The notes beneath the pieces are model-generated. The model saw only the letters and a program-made list of their open reading frames with translations, was not told the origin of the DNA and made no database searches. Below are positions 37,068 through 48,900 of a stretch of 56,341 bases of DNA, one piece after another (position 1 is the first letter of the stretch; each line of letters starts with the position of its first letter). Both the position numbers and the translations under genes were made by a program. The stretch is from Chara braunii (taxonomy: Eukaryota; Plantae; Charophyceae). The stretch lies in the NCBI GenBank assembly GCA_003427395.1, contig BFEA01000018.1, positions 5,015,602-5,071,942 on the forward strand, read 5' to 3'.

Positions 37068-37649
37068 TGGATTTGATTGACTTCGAAACTTTTTTTTAAG
37101 GTGTTTCATTCATTGATCGTTAAATTTCGTAAATTGAGACATTATTTAATTGCCCTTCTGCCAGAGGCATTGCTTTCTTTTATCGTTCCGAGTTCGCATT
37201 ATCTACGGTAAGCTCAATGCATGTCCTGCGTCATGTATGGGCTTTGTAATCTATGTCACGTAATGTTTCATGTTCTGAATTCTGTTCAAGTTGAAGTATT
37301 GTGTTCCATGTTTCGAATTCTGTTCAACTGGAAGTGTAAACATGATTGTGAAATTGGTTGGTGGATGAATGAGAAATCTCATCTTATGTGAAATTGGTTA
37401 GTGGATGCCCAAACCTTCTTTGCATGACCATTTAAAATGCGGATATTCATCGTGATGGAGCACAATTTAATCTAATTCAATCTAATTACATTGCTAATTT
37501 TGTTTACAAAAGTTCAACAACTATGGATGTCAGCAAACTTTTGCGTTTGGGGCGACTGAACGGGCATGCCCATGTACAAACACTGCAGTCAAAAATGAAT
37601 TCGTAAGAAAGAGGACAGTGTCACAATATAGTTACTGTATCTTTCATCA

Positions 37650-37885
37650 CATTTATGAAATTGAAGTTTGACAAGTTAGAATCACGACACACTTTCGCAC
37701 AGGGTTCCCTTTGGTGTGCCAATCGTTGTTCGTTTATGAAGTTTGACTAGTACGGATCCCAACACACTTCCCCACAGGATCACCAACATGTTTTTGAAGT
37801 TCAACAAGTAAGGATCCCAACACACTTCCACATTTGGGATTTCATTTATGAAGTTTCACAAGCATGGATCTCAGCACGCTTCTAC
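37650..37885. repeat. Right subterminal repeats (TGAAGTTT.AC.AG..GGATCCCAACACACTT-like, ~4 copies)
   Basis: Units near 37662, 37737, 37795 and 37849. Confidence 0.7.
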
Positions 37886-37964
37886 ATGTGGTTAACCCCT
37901 GGATGGGCATGCGTACGTTGCTTAGGCTGCAACCAAAAATTAATTCGTTAGAAAGAGGACACAG

Positions 37965-37990
37965 TATAATGTCCTATTTTAACGAATAAC
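37965..37990 (-). repeat. Right TIR
   Basis: TATAATGTCCTATTTTAACGAATAAC, reverse complement of the left TIR with one mismatch. Confidence 0.95.
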
Positions 37991-39449
37991 GTATTTTGGG
38001 TGGTGCGGGCAGACAGACTCCGTGTTGAGATGACTGTATGCCCTGCATTTAAAGCACCACGGACGAAATTTACGTGAAGTGTGGATCTGAAAGACTCGCC
38101 CTCCCATTCGATAGGGGACGATGTCATCAATGGAGAAAGGCTGGTCTTTGGGCAAGTCTAGAGCCAGCATCAGATAGTCGTCGCGCTTCGCCACGAAGGA
38201 GGGAAGTGGGTCGATGAAGTCGACAATGTTACACTGTTGACCAAAGTCGTAGACGAAGGCCGCCTGGATTTCCACCGGGATATGTCTCAATTCAACCCAG
38301 AAGTGGTCCCTCATCAATTGCTCCCGCTTCTCCTCCGGACTCACCTTTTTGGGTTGCCAGGGATATATTCTCACTTCCGAGCGTTCCCATTTGATCGACC
38401 TCCTTCCTTCCATCTTCTTTTTGTCTTGGGGGAAGAGGCTGAGGACGGTGAACACGGTTGAGGAGAGCGGTTGAATCAGGAAGAATTCCTGAACCGCCTC
38501 AGGGTTGCCTTTCATCTCCTCTAGCCTTTTGTGTATCCATCTGAGTTTGTCGTTCACAAATCTGTGTGCTATATCGCCGAGAAAGAGCTAATTGCTGGCA
38601 TGCCGGCGATAGGTGATGTCCCTGTCATCGATTTTGTCAGGGGGGTATGTTTTCATCATTGTCTTTCTCCCCCCTTGATCCACCACTTGGTTTTGGGAAG
38701 GGAAGGAAGAGGGTCAAGAAGTATGCCCTCGCCGACGAAAGGTTACGGAGGGGAACTTTCAGCGTCTCGTCTTTGCCCTGTTGTAAGTCTGGGGCGGTGC
38801 GCTGGATATCAAGAAACTTTTCTTGAATGGTTGTTCTGACGCGTTGGGCCCATGTGGGCTTAGTGCCCTCGTCTTTGCCAGGGTGGTCGACACCGGTAAT
38901 TAGCTTTCGCTGCCTTTTTTCCTGGGTCAGTTCCTCTTCCGTTAACATCTCTTCATCTGCTACCTCCTTGTCATCTTCCTCCTCTTCCTCATCTTCGCTT
39001 CCACTGTCGTCCTCCATTTTCTCTTCCATGTCCCCCCCTCCACCCCCCCCTGTCAGTGCCGTATTGCTTTTCTCGTGAGGAGCCCCTCCGCCCCCCCTTG
39101 TCAGTGTCGTATGGCTCTTCTCGTGAGTAGCCCCCCCCTGAATGAGGGAGGAATGGGTCAGCGGAATGACCTGTTCAATCGGAGACGGATTCGGCTCTGA
39201 CTGGGTGGTCAACGGAACCACTTGCCCTTTAAAGGCTTCAGATGGGTTCGGCCATCGGTTCGGATCTAGGGGGTGCAAGTCCAAGCGCNCGNCCGNCCTG
39301 GGGAGAGTTCCTCCAGGCTTCGGCCTGCCGTACGGAGACACTGCCAGCCGTCTGGTGGGGTCGTGTCTCCCTGCCCCCCTGTAGAAGATAAGGGGGTGTA
39401 ACGCTCTCCGGCCCTTAAGGTCTTGGTCAACCGAGCGTTCCATAGTCAT
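37991..39449 (-). pseudogene. LINE ORF1, 5' half (DUF4283-like region plus zinc knuckle), frameshifted
   Basis: FWVELRHIP motif and CFKCRAYSH..C knuckle typical of plant L1 ORF1; ends at the right TIR. Confidence 0.82.
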
Positions 39450-39499
39450 CAGGCGTCCGAATTCCGGCGATATTGTGTGGTGGATTCCTCGAAGTTGTA

Positions 39500-39690
39500 T
39501 GTGTTTGATTGATTCCCCGTAGTGTGTTGTGTGTTAACTCTTTATTGATCGTTTGATGTGTGATTCAAGTGCGATTAATTGCTCTGATTGATATATTGGG
39601 CACCCCGTGGGGTGTTGTGTGGTTACTCTTTTATTGATCGTTTGGTGTGTGATACAAGTGCGATCAGTTACTCTGCTTGATATACTGGGC
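39500..39690. repeat. Short direct duplication in the presumed LINE 5'UTR
   Basis: ACTCTTTTATTGATCGTTTG.TGTGTGAT.CAAGTGCGAT occurs twice. Confidence 0.7.
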
Positions 39691-40799
39691 TCATTCTCTC
39701 TTTTTTTGGATGGATATTCGAGGGTGATTGTTTCTGGCTTGGAGATATGCAAGGGAGGAGGATGAGAGGGGAGCGGAGGGGGGGGTTGAGCGGTCGAGAG
39801 CGATGTACTGTCGATTTGCCGGCTGGTGCTTGCTGTTTCCGCAATACGCGTCCGTTCTTCTGAAGCTGCCAGCGTTTCTGTCACCGTATGCTCCCAGTAA
39901 GTCGTTCTCCCGACCTCGTGACCCCGGTGAGATGCCCTAGTTTTCCTTGACCCGCTCGGAGGGTATCTCGTAGCTTCGCCCTATCCACGCAGTGCCTACC
40001 GCATGGCTGTTTCTCCTCGATCCGCTGTCTCCTTGTTCAGCAATCGGCCGCCTCCCGCGACTATTGCAAGGTTCGCCCCGGTCTCCTGCCTCCTGTCCCG
40101 ACCGTTCTCCAAGCCGGTTGGCGATACCGCCCGCTTCTTGCTTACGAACTCCTTCCGTGATCCGCACGCTGTGTTTGTCGCACACTTCGGTCTCACCATA
40201 GGCATACTCCACTGCGTCTCCGTCTAGAACAGCACTAAGAGCCACGTGTCAGCAACGTGGCGACTGCGGAGCTCCACGTGGGACCCCCGTACAGGGGGGT
40301 CGGGTCGCAGTCCACGTCAACCCATGACGCGGTGTGACCCAGCGCCGAGGTACGTCCGCGCGTGCGCTAACCGCGTAATATAACACCCGCAACTTTTTTT
40401 TTTTTTTTTTTTTTTACCCGACGTACCCGCAACTTTGGCTAAGGTGAACCCGGTCCGGTGGTTGAAGCTTGCTGTATCAATTTACAGGCTGCACCATAAT
40501 GCATGCTGGACGTAGGAGCTGCGATGTTCGCTGTCAGTTTTGATTCTTCCCTATGAAAGTGGATCAGCGGAGAGGAAAGAGAGCGAGTAGGGGAAAGAGA
40601 GTGGCAAAACAAGAGTGGAAACACTCAACACCAGTCTGAAGGCATATTAGTACTCACACGGGGACCTTTTTTACTTATTCTTGGATGTAATTGCGGCCAG
40701 ATTCATGCAGGTCTGGCCGTAAAAGTGGTCAGATGCATTAAACGTAGTGCTAGTGTGAGCATGCCCTGTCAGTGACTGGAGGGAGTCATAGGACTGTAA

Positions 40800-40921
40800 G
40801 GGCATCGCCACACCACTCTCGAAATGTGCAAAATGAGAATGAACTTCCGGCTAGAACATGACCAGATGCGCGCGCCACATTTTTGTCTTTTTCACATTTC
40901 GAGAGTGGTGTGGCGAGGCCC
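40800..40921. mobile_element. PIF/Harbinger (Tourist-like) MITE
   Basis: ~29-bp TIR GGGC.TCGCCACACCACTCTCGAAATGTG; TAA on both sides. Confidence 0.8.
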
Positions 40922-41341
40922 TAAGGCATCATCATGGTGTTTGCACGCTTCTCAGCCAAATGGATTTATATTTGGATGATCTGATTCTATTCACGTTGTG
41001 CAATGCCTGCCGCCTGTATCCAGTGGCCCTCGACAGGTGGAGAGGCTATATCCTTAAAGACTTTGTTTTGTTCGTTTATTCCGCACAAAATCTAATTTTA
41101 AGTCTTGTGCTCCACTTGCGGGGTCTTGGAGGAATAAATTAAATTCCTTTTCTCAAATCAAGACCGCCACGACTCTCGAAAGAATTCGTGAGGCTCCACC
41201 TACGGGCCCTTTTGGAGAGTCTCACGGCAACAGCGCCTTGCAGCATGGCCAAATAGTGCTCTCCATTTCCACGGAAGCCAGAATTGTGGCCTGATGCATT
41301 TGAACTGTTTTTTTCAGGAATTCTTGGAAAACGATAGACTA

Positions 41342-41763
41342 AGAGGTGGACCCCACTGCCTGGCGGAAGCTTTCCGCCTGGAAAGCTTCCGCCAAACCCA
41401 AATCGTAGGCCCCGGGGGTGGGAAAGAGAAAAGCAGACCCCACTGCAGCACAAATTTTCGGCAGTTCCATTGGTGCCGGTTACCGGATAGGGAAAACTTT
41501 CCCTATATGGAAACTTCACGTCCGCTTGTCTCGTTTCTCACCCAATCCCTGGCTCTCCTTTCCACATGGGATGGCCAAAGCGAGGGAGGTGCCCCCCCCC
41601 TACTCCCTCAGAATGGCGGAACCGCACGGAACGGGCAAAACAAAACTGAGTGAAAACGTCTGCCACGTCATATCTGAGCGTTTTCCAAACCTTTGTCGCA
41701 AAGCAGTGGGGTTTCACAAATCGTCTTCCAAAACTTTGCCGCAAAGCAGTGGGGTCCACCTCT
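41342..41763. mobile_element. MITE, probably with TA target duplication
   Basis: Perfect TIR AGAGGTGGACCCCACTGC; internal second CCCCACTGC/GCAGTGGGG pair. Confidence 0.75.
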
Positions 41764-42059
41764 TAGTACCGTTGCACCGTCTCGCATTCAGAACCCCAGA
41801 ATCAGCGCCCGATTGTGGCGAAAAAAAAAGAGGAGAACTTGGGCTTTCAGTGAATGTTGATGAAAGGGAGAAAGACTTAGTGTGAAAACGCCAGTCTGGG
41901 TGGAGCCGGGCTCAGCTGGCAATTCCTCGAGGAAAGTCCTCGAAGAACTGCAGCAGTGCAGTGTCACTCACATCAATGATACCCACACAACACTCCTCCA
42001 GGTCCAGGTCCTCCCCTTATGGTCGGGAGGTCCTGAGACAGCAGCTGCATTGATTGCTT

Positions 42060-42930
42060 CCTCTTCAGAAGGATGTACCCCTGCAGCTCTGCCCCTGGCA
42101 GTGCCCTGTCGCTTTAAATTTCTGCTTTTTTTTTTTCAATGCAAACTTCGAGGCAGGGGGTGCCACTTCAGGAGCAGATGATAAGAGCATCCTCCTAAAG
42201 GCCTGTGCCACATCTGGCCCCCCGTTGAGCCGTGATTTTTGTCGATCATTGCTTGCCATGGCATCTCCTCTTCACCAGGGGTTCCAGATTGCCCTCGCCA
42301 CCAGGGGTCTCATCCTTCGGCATGCCATTGGCCTGCCTGGTTACCTTTCCAGTTGCATCAGGGGGGCGGAGCCAGACTGAGTGAGGAATGCAAAAAAAAA
42401 AAAAAGAGGAATGCAACTTCAACTTGGCATGTAGGCATGTAGAGAACCTCAGAGGGCTTATAAGTTATATCCACTAACTTAGTTACACTAACCCCTGCCA
42501 CGGGGTCACCACCTCGTTCCAAAGTAGGCCTGCATTTACCCTTGGAATTGCCTCAGGGGCCCGGAGCCAGTGACTCAGTGAGGAATGCAAGTTTGCATGC
42601 CCGAAAGGCATTGGCCCCAAGGCCAGTCAAGCAATTTCAGATCCAATATGTTTCAGCTTGGCAGGCGAGCTATCCTGTGGACACTGTGGTGGAAAAGGTG
42701 TATACTGGCCAATGGCATATTAGACAAGGTGCGGGTGGAAGGACGGGAAACAACTGAGCAAATAAAATCACACATACAAACAGATTCTGAATTGCAATCA
42801 AGGTGGCAGGATGTAGTAGAGAAACTGACGTTAGTACTGAGTGACACCTTAGAAATCCAAATGAAAATCGACACCTTCAGCAGAGAATGTTGGGGAGTGA
42901 ACAAGGAGGATGGATGGCTTCAATTTCCAC

Positions 42931-42961
<31 letters not shown>

Positions 42962-42990
42962 CAAAAAAAAAAAAAAGACAAAAAAAAGAT
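42060..42990 (+). pseudogene. LINE ORF2 C-terminal relic
   Basis: QLGRRAILWTLWWKRC resembles KLGRRAILWALWHRRC of the main LINE; ends in an A tract. Confidence 0.75.
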
Positions 42991-43088
42991 GGCTTTGGTA
43001 AAATGGGAACTTCAAGGCAACAGTAGAGGGAAAGGGCAGGGAAGAGACAAGGGGAATGAGGGGACACTACATAGGGACGGACTATGGG

Positions 43089-43199
43089 CTACCTTCTTCC
43101 CCCGAATACAACATACGGTCATTATAGCTGTATTTGAGGCGTCTTTCAGTCTAAATACAGCTGTAATGACCGTACGTTGTATTCGGGGGAAGAAGGTAG
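43089..43199. mobile_element. Foldback MITE (near-perfect ~47-bp arms)
   Basis: CTACCTTCTTCCCCCGAATACAAC.TACGGTCATTA.AGCTGTATTT and its reverse complement. Confidence 0.8.
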
Positions 43200-43329
43200 T
43201 GTTTAACAGTTGGGCAGACTTAGACCCGACAATACCCCTGCTCCCTGCACAAGATTTCCCAGGCCCCTTCCCCCCAAACGCCCTGGCAATAGTTGAGGAT
43301 GCATGGTATGGTATGGTATGGTCATTAAT

Positions 43330-43546
43330 TTAACCGCCACTACTTGGCCCAGCTATTGATGTCGAGCCGGGATACCCCCTGCGCGCCAAGTTTTGCCGAG
43401 CCGTCGGGGCCGCACCGTTTCGTTTTGATTTTGGCTGGTGCTTCCAGCCATAATGATTGCGGTTCGGTGCCCCGAAGCCCACAGCTACCGGCGCGTTAAC
43501 GGGAATCGCCTGTGGCCGATAGCTGGGCCAAGTACTGGTCGTTTAA
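43330..43546. mobile_element. TTAA-bounded MITE
   Basis: TIR TTAA.CG.CA.TACTTGGCCCAGCTAT at both ends. Confidence 0.75.
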
Positions 43547-43559
43547 GAAGGATTGAGCC

Positions 43560-44075
43560 TAGGTTACAGTCAGATCTGGAAGGTGCTGTGGCTTCAGGAC
43601 AGTAAGACAACCACCAAGTTGAACCCTCTGGTGCCTCCCAGAGAGAGGTTGTTGTTGACGAGAGAAAGGATGTCCAGACGTTGTAGAAGAAGAACTACAG
43701 AAACTACAGAAACCACAAAGCCGACCAGCAGAGGAAAGGTGGAACAGACAAGAGACGGGTGCAGCAGGAGTGAAAAAGGCAGGAAGAGAAAGGGGAAACG
43801 GGTGTGCATTAGTAGATATCTGGCGCCTGATACCAGGTGAAGAGGTTTTCCCCTCCTCTGAACCCCAGAGCAATCAATGATGACAGACGGTACCCCTGAG
43901 CAGTTAATCCTCTGAATATCTGTTTTGATGTAAGATGGGACGCTGGACCCGATTTCCAGCAGGTGCGGCTCCCCACCAATAGATCGGAGCAACCAGGAAA
44001 CTTGCTAGGGGGGGATGCTCGTATCACCTCTTCAAGCAGATTTCCGGTTAAACAAAAAAAAAACAAAAAAAAAAA
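43560..44075 (+). mobile_element. 5'-truncated LINE 3' end with structured tail and poly(A)
   Basis: TATCTGGCGCC..CCAGGTGAAGAGG and the tail motif match the main LINE 3'UTR; A tract at ~44050-44075. Confidence 0.75.
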
Positions 44076-46030
44076 GGGGCTTCCCCCACGCTCTTCCCAT
44101 AGCCACAGGACTTCCCTTCCGTGGACCATCTGTCATTCTGAAGCCTCCATCTGCATGGGCACCTCCCATTTAGTGCTGCTGGGGCTTCCCCCCACTTTCT
44201 TGTTGCCATTGGGCACCCTTCCCCGGGTCGTCTGTAGCTCCGGGGTACGCAAGTGGATTGGGCACCTCCAATTCCGTAACGGTGAGGGAGGATGGGGAGG
44301 GGGGGGGTGCAGGGGGATGGGGGATGGGGGAACCTGGGGGAGTGGGGAGGGTCCGCAAGGGGGGGGGTGAGGGTACATCGAGGGCTCAGTCAGGGTGTAA
44401 GGAGGGGTAGCCTGGGAGGTGTCTAAGCAGGGGTTGGATTGGAGTGCGAGAGAGGGGCTGGGGTGCTCTCCACCGATGGCAGCGGGTGAAGAGGGGGACA
44501 GCCCGGACAGGGCGCCTGGGGGGCGGGGCTGGTCGTCTATTCCAAACTACCGTACCACAAAATTAGTCAGGAGGTAGGGAACCTGGAACCTCAAAAAATT
44601 AGTCCGTAGCTCACAGGTCTCCTTCTCCATGAAGATTCTGTAGACCTCCAGAGCTTCCACTGGATGTTCAGTTCCCAGCTCTGAGAATAGCTTACGCGGG
44701 TCCTGCCACAGTTGGTGATAGGTGACCCAGTGTCCCACTGTCCCTGCCTGTTCTCCGCGGGCACCGTGGGGAATTTGGGCCATTGCCTCAGCTGTTGTAG
44801 TCCGAACGAGTGTATACTAAGGGAGAACAGGAGTTTAAGGATCCATTCGGTCTTCAGCGCCTTGATTAGAATCTCTGGTTAATAAAACGGGTACTACTAG
44901 GAAAAAAAAAAGAAAAACAGGTAGAGATGACCGATTGACCGTCTGTCATTTCCGCATAATATTAAAATCTTTTGCTGTAACAGTTTTGCAATCCCGAGCT
45001 TCACACGTAAAGCACTTTACGTCCATGGAAAGAAAATCCGGTTAGTTGGTACACCCATGATTCTGAATCGTTGAAACACAGACGTCGGGCCAGGTCCCCC
45101 TTGCACAGATTAAGACGCCCGAACCAAACCTTGTCCACCTACAATATATATCAAAGGCCAATCTCTCTTAAATCTGTGCAAGTAGCCGTTGACGATGAAG
45201 TTCAACAGATAATGAGTGGAACGAAATAATTCCGAGTATCTCTTTTTTTTTCCCTTTCTTTCTTCTTCCCCCCACCACCCCCCTCCCCCCAAATGTCTCA
45301 AGGCCGTTCCCCATCTTTTTTCCTTCCTTTAAAAAAACAGGAACCTGGGGCCGAATAGGGGGATGGTTCACTATCGAATGTCACAATTTTAAGGCCACAA
45401 ACGCCTGGCTTCAGAACCGAAGTACGGGACTTCTTTTTTACCCTCTGTTTGTGATTCAAGAACCCAGAGCTCTTTTTTTTTTTTTTTTTTTAACCAAAGC
45501 TAAAGTAAATGAACTATAATTGTCTTAGCAAAGGGTTGCAGAGATCGCTCGCTTCCATCTGAAAGTCTTAGAGTAACATCATGAAGGTCATGCCTGCCAC
45601 GGTGCCGCCTATTGTCGGAAATCATTAAAGAAATATCCGGTGGTCCAACACGCCAGTCTAGACTCGAGCGTTTACCAGTGCACCTGAGTGTCCCTAGACT
45701 CCCTACAGCAAGCTGGTGATAATAAAAAATAAAAAAAATAATCAACATCAGTTTATAATGTCTCGGCTGTACGAGTGGCTAGGCTGTCAGAGTGGCCCAT
45801 ATATATACATAATATGACGAGTCGGTGAAACTCGGACGAAACAGTTCGGCACAGCCCCTGCCTCGTTTGTTGTCCTCTTCTCCCTCCCTCTCTGCCTACG
45901 GATTACCGGGCTGCTCTGTTTGACGACATATATCTATATATCTATATATAGATATAGATATGTAGATATGTAGATATAGATATATAGATATAGATATATA
46001 GATATAGATATATAGATATATAGAGAGAGA

Positions 46031-47102
46031 GGTTCGTCCAGATTATCGATTCAATCGGTTTGTTTGTGTGGCTCTGGGGTAAAATTGGATTTGCAAAATG
46101 CGCAGTTAATATGCAGCAGCATTGTTCGGGACTAACCCCTGATTTTGATGCCTTTTTGTCAGTTTTTGATTCTGTGTAGGACATGCTTACGGTTAATATG
46201 CCGCGATTGGTGGACAGGCGGCAGTGTGATCTGTGACCGGGATATTCGCAGTGCTCTTGGGCTTTTATATATTCATGAATATATCCTCTGTATCTATCTA
46301 TCTATCTATCTGTATATATGGGTAAGGAATATCCCTTTTTAAAGGGGGCCAGCCTGCCAGGAGCATCATCCGGCTTAGCTTTGTATATTCCAGTGGCCAG
46401 GAATCGGGTTTGGCGTCCCCTCACAAAACGTCCGCGGTCCTATCGATGGACAAGGCATAACTGACCAAGCCCAAAAATCGGACCACGGGGACTCATGTTT
46501 ATCTGGCACCCATTAAGGGTGAAGAGGCACTATGCTGGTTCACCTTCTTCTGTTGTTCGAGGTTATCAGATCAATAGTGCATTGATCAGTAGACATTAGA
46601 TCAATAGTGCAGTTACTGTATTGTTGACTCATTTTCTGTTCTCAGCAGGTTCCTACTGGTTACCTCCGGGTAGACTGTGAGGACCCCGGCCCCAATCATC
46701 ATATTGATAATATCAGCCTTGGGCACTGGGCCCCTTTTTCAAAAAAAAAAAAAAAAACCGAAAACCCAAGAACTACCCAACAGCCTAGCTCAGTGGGTAC
46801 ACCCATGCATGAACTGTTGAAATACAGACCAGGTGCTGTGTTCGAATCCAGATGATGGAACTTACTTGAGTAAAACCAACTACTAATGAATTGCTTGGGG
46901 CCGGTCAGCTCAATGATAATATCTCAAGGCCGTCACCCTTTTCTCAATAAAAAAAAAAAAAAAAAGAGAAAAAACCCAAGAACATTCAACACTGTGAGAC
47001 TGTGTGAGTATCAGGGTCACAGATCACACTCAGTCTGCAGACTGTCTAGTACCAATGACAGCGTACTAGTATTATTATACTATTAACCATAGTTGGGCTT
47101 TC

Positions 47103-47133
<31 letters not shown>

Positions 47134-47328
47134 TAGTAAGGCTTACTAGCCTGTACCNCACAAAATCAAAGANNAACCAATCAGGTTAATAGGCCCAAAA
47201 AAAAAAAAAAAAAAAAAAAAAGAGGTTAGGCCCAAACAATGCTACTGCATAACTGTGCAGTTTGCAAAACGAATTACACCCACAGAGCCACACAAACAAA
47301 CCGGATGAAAGGATAATCTGGACGACCC
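46031..47328. mobile_element. Non-autonomous element with long (>100 bp) imperfect TIRs and nested short insertions
   Basis: 46031-46140 is an imperfect reverse complement of 47221-47328. Confidence 0.65.
46774..46970 (+). mobile_element. tRNA-derived SINE
   Basis: A box TAGCTCAGTGG (46786), B box GTTCGAATCC (46840), poly(A), and 13-bp TSD AAAACCCAAGAAC (46761-46773 and 46971-46983). Confidence 0.85.
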
Positions 47329-47774
47329 TTGAAGGCGCCGAAACGTCCAACTCTCTCACGAGTCACGAGTCACGAGCGAAGCTGCCACCCTTCCACCCAA
47401 ATGGCAAGCTCCCACCGATTGTCGGGCCCTATAGCCCAACCCACCACCCGTCACGGTGATTAAAAGTCCCTCACTCAGCCATCCGACTGCTACCACTCCC
47501 GACAAGCTTAGGACGTTCACCGCCCTCCATGGTGATGCCTTCACACTGTTCACAGAGTGGAGCTCCCCCCTCCTTCCCTTCTCAACACACAGTAGAGCTT
47601 CCCTGCCACCTCCATGGCTAATGGCGTGACCCCATCATACCCCAACCCACCACCCCCAATTCAGGATCATAGAACTTAACCCACTTCCGTCGGCCACGAT
47701 GACTTCACACACAATGAGCCGCACACCTCTTTCTCAAGTTCTCAACCCTCCTCCAAGTCCTTAGCAAATAGTCC

Positions 47775-48900
47775 ATGGGCCCATGGGGAAGATGGTCGTA
47801 TGACTCAAATCAACCTACCATCCCCTGTTCTAATGCCGAACCGTTATCTACGAGGTCAACGGAAACTAATCAGTTACTCTGCAAAGGTAAGAGGATAATA
47901 TTATGGGTCGTGTACGAGCCTGCCACTCCCATGATCAGCCAATTGCCCTTTGACCCACGGGAATGGGAGTGGGACATGGGCGGGGAAAGAAAACTGCAAA
48001 TATTATGGCAGTACACACTGTCAGTCAAAAATGGCTACAGACAGGGTAGAAAAGAAACACAGATCTTCGACCCAATCAAAGCGAGATGGGCCAGAGATTC
48101 TCCACTGGAAACAGAGGAGCTGCATATTAAGCTCAACTGGGGAACATATTCATGTATCCGACCAACTAACCTCATTATTTAATTAAGCCCTCCAATGGCA
48201 AATCGTCCACCGATGCTTGCCAACTCCGCACAGTGACTCCGAGTGGTTCACATCAAGACCAAACCTTGAAGAGACGCGGGCTCCTCTCCCCCCTTTGCAC
48301 CTTCTGTGGGAATTTGGGAAAAGTTCCCCCTCCAAACGCTGGGCCACAGTGGACCATTGCCTTTTGGACTGCGACTGCCCCATCATGGGAGCCCAACTGT
48401 GGGCCCGGGATGGTGGGACGCAGCATGGCACTACCTTACAGGCAGTGCCACTCGACTGCCATGGGACCTCAAGACCATCCTCCTGGGAGAAATGCCCCCA
48501 CAATCTGCCACATGGTCTCCCTTCATGACTAATCTGTTCAAAATCACTCGGTTGCCAATGCTGATGGCGGCATGGAGGATGACATGTGCCCATCAACTTA
48601 AACAATACACATTTCAAATTGGATATACGGAGGAAAGAGCCGCGGTCGTCGAAGCGATCACAACAAACACGCAATGCCATCATGATGCTGCATGGAAGGA
48701 GCTTAAACAAATGCTGGCAAAAGAACCTGAAGAAAAAACAAAACGTAGTGACCTTGCAGCAAACTTCCGGACAGTATGGGTGCACAATCATGCCGAGAGT
48801 CTGTGAGAGACTCTGCGAACTGGACCAACACAAGGTACACAACCACCTAAGGTGGAAACCATGGCTATCCACAGAAAACCAATGGCAGCGAGTCCAGTGA
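47775..48900 (+). pseudogene. LINE ORF2 C-terminal relic (zf-RVT-like)
   Basis: LPFDPREWEW and TLSVKNGYR match LALDPGEWSW and ALTVKSTYR of the main LINE; CTFC and HCLLDC fragments present. Confidence 0.75.

Larger units (their letters stand above)
12314..37990. mobile_element. Giant (25.7 kb) cut-and-paste DNA transposon with cargo genes
   Basis: 26-bp TIRs with one mismatch; inserted in LINE ORF1, whose frame is restored on removal; internal transposase. Confidence 0.92.

Noticed and set aside
46782-46852. tRNA gene
   Set aside because: A and B boxes are present but no clean cloverleaf; poly(A) and TSD indicate a SINE.
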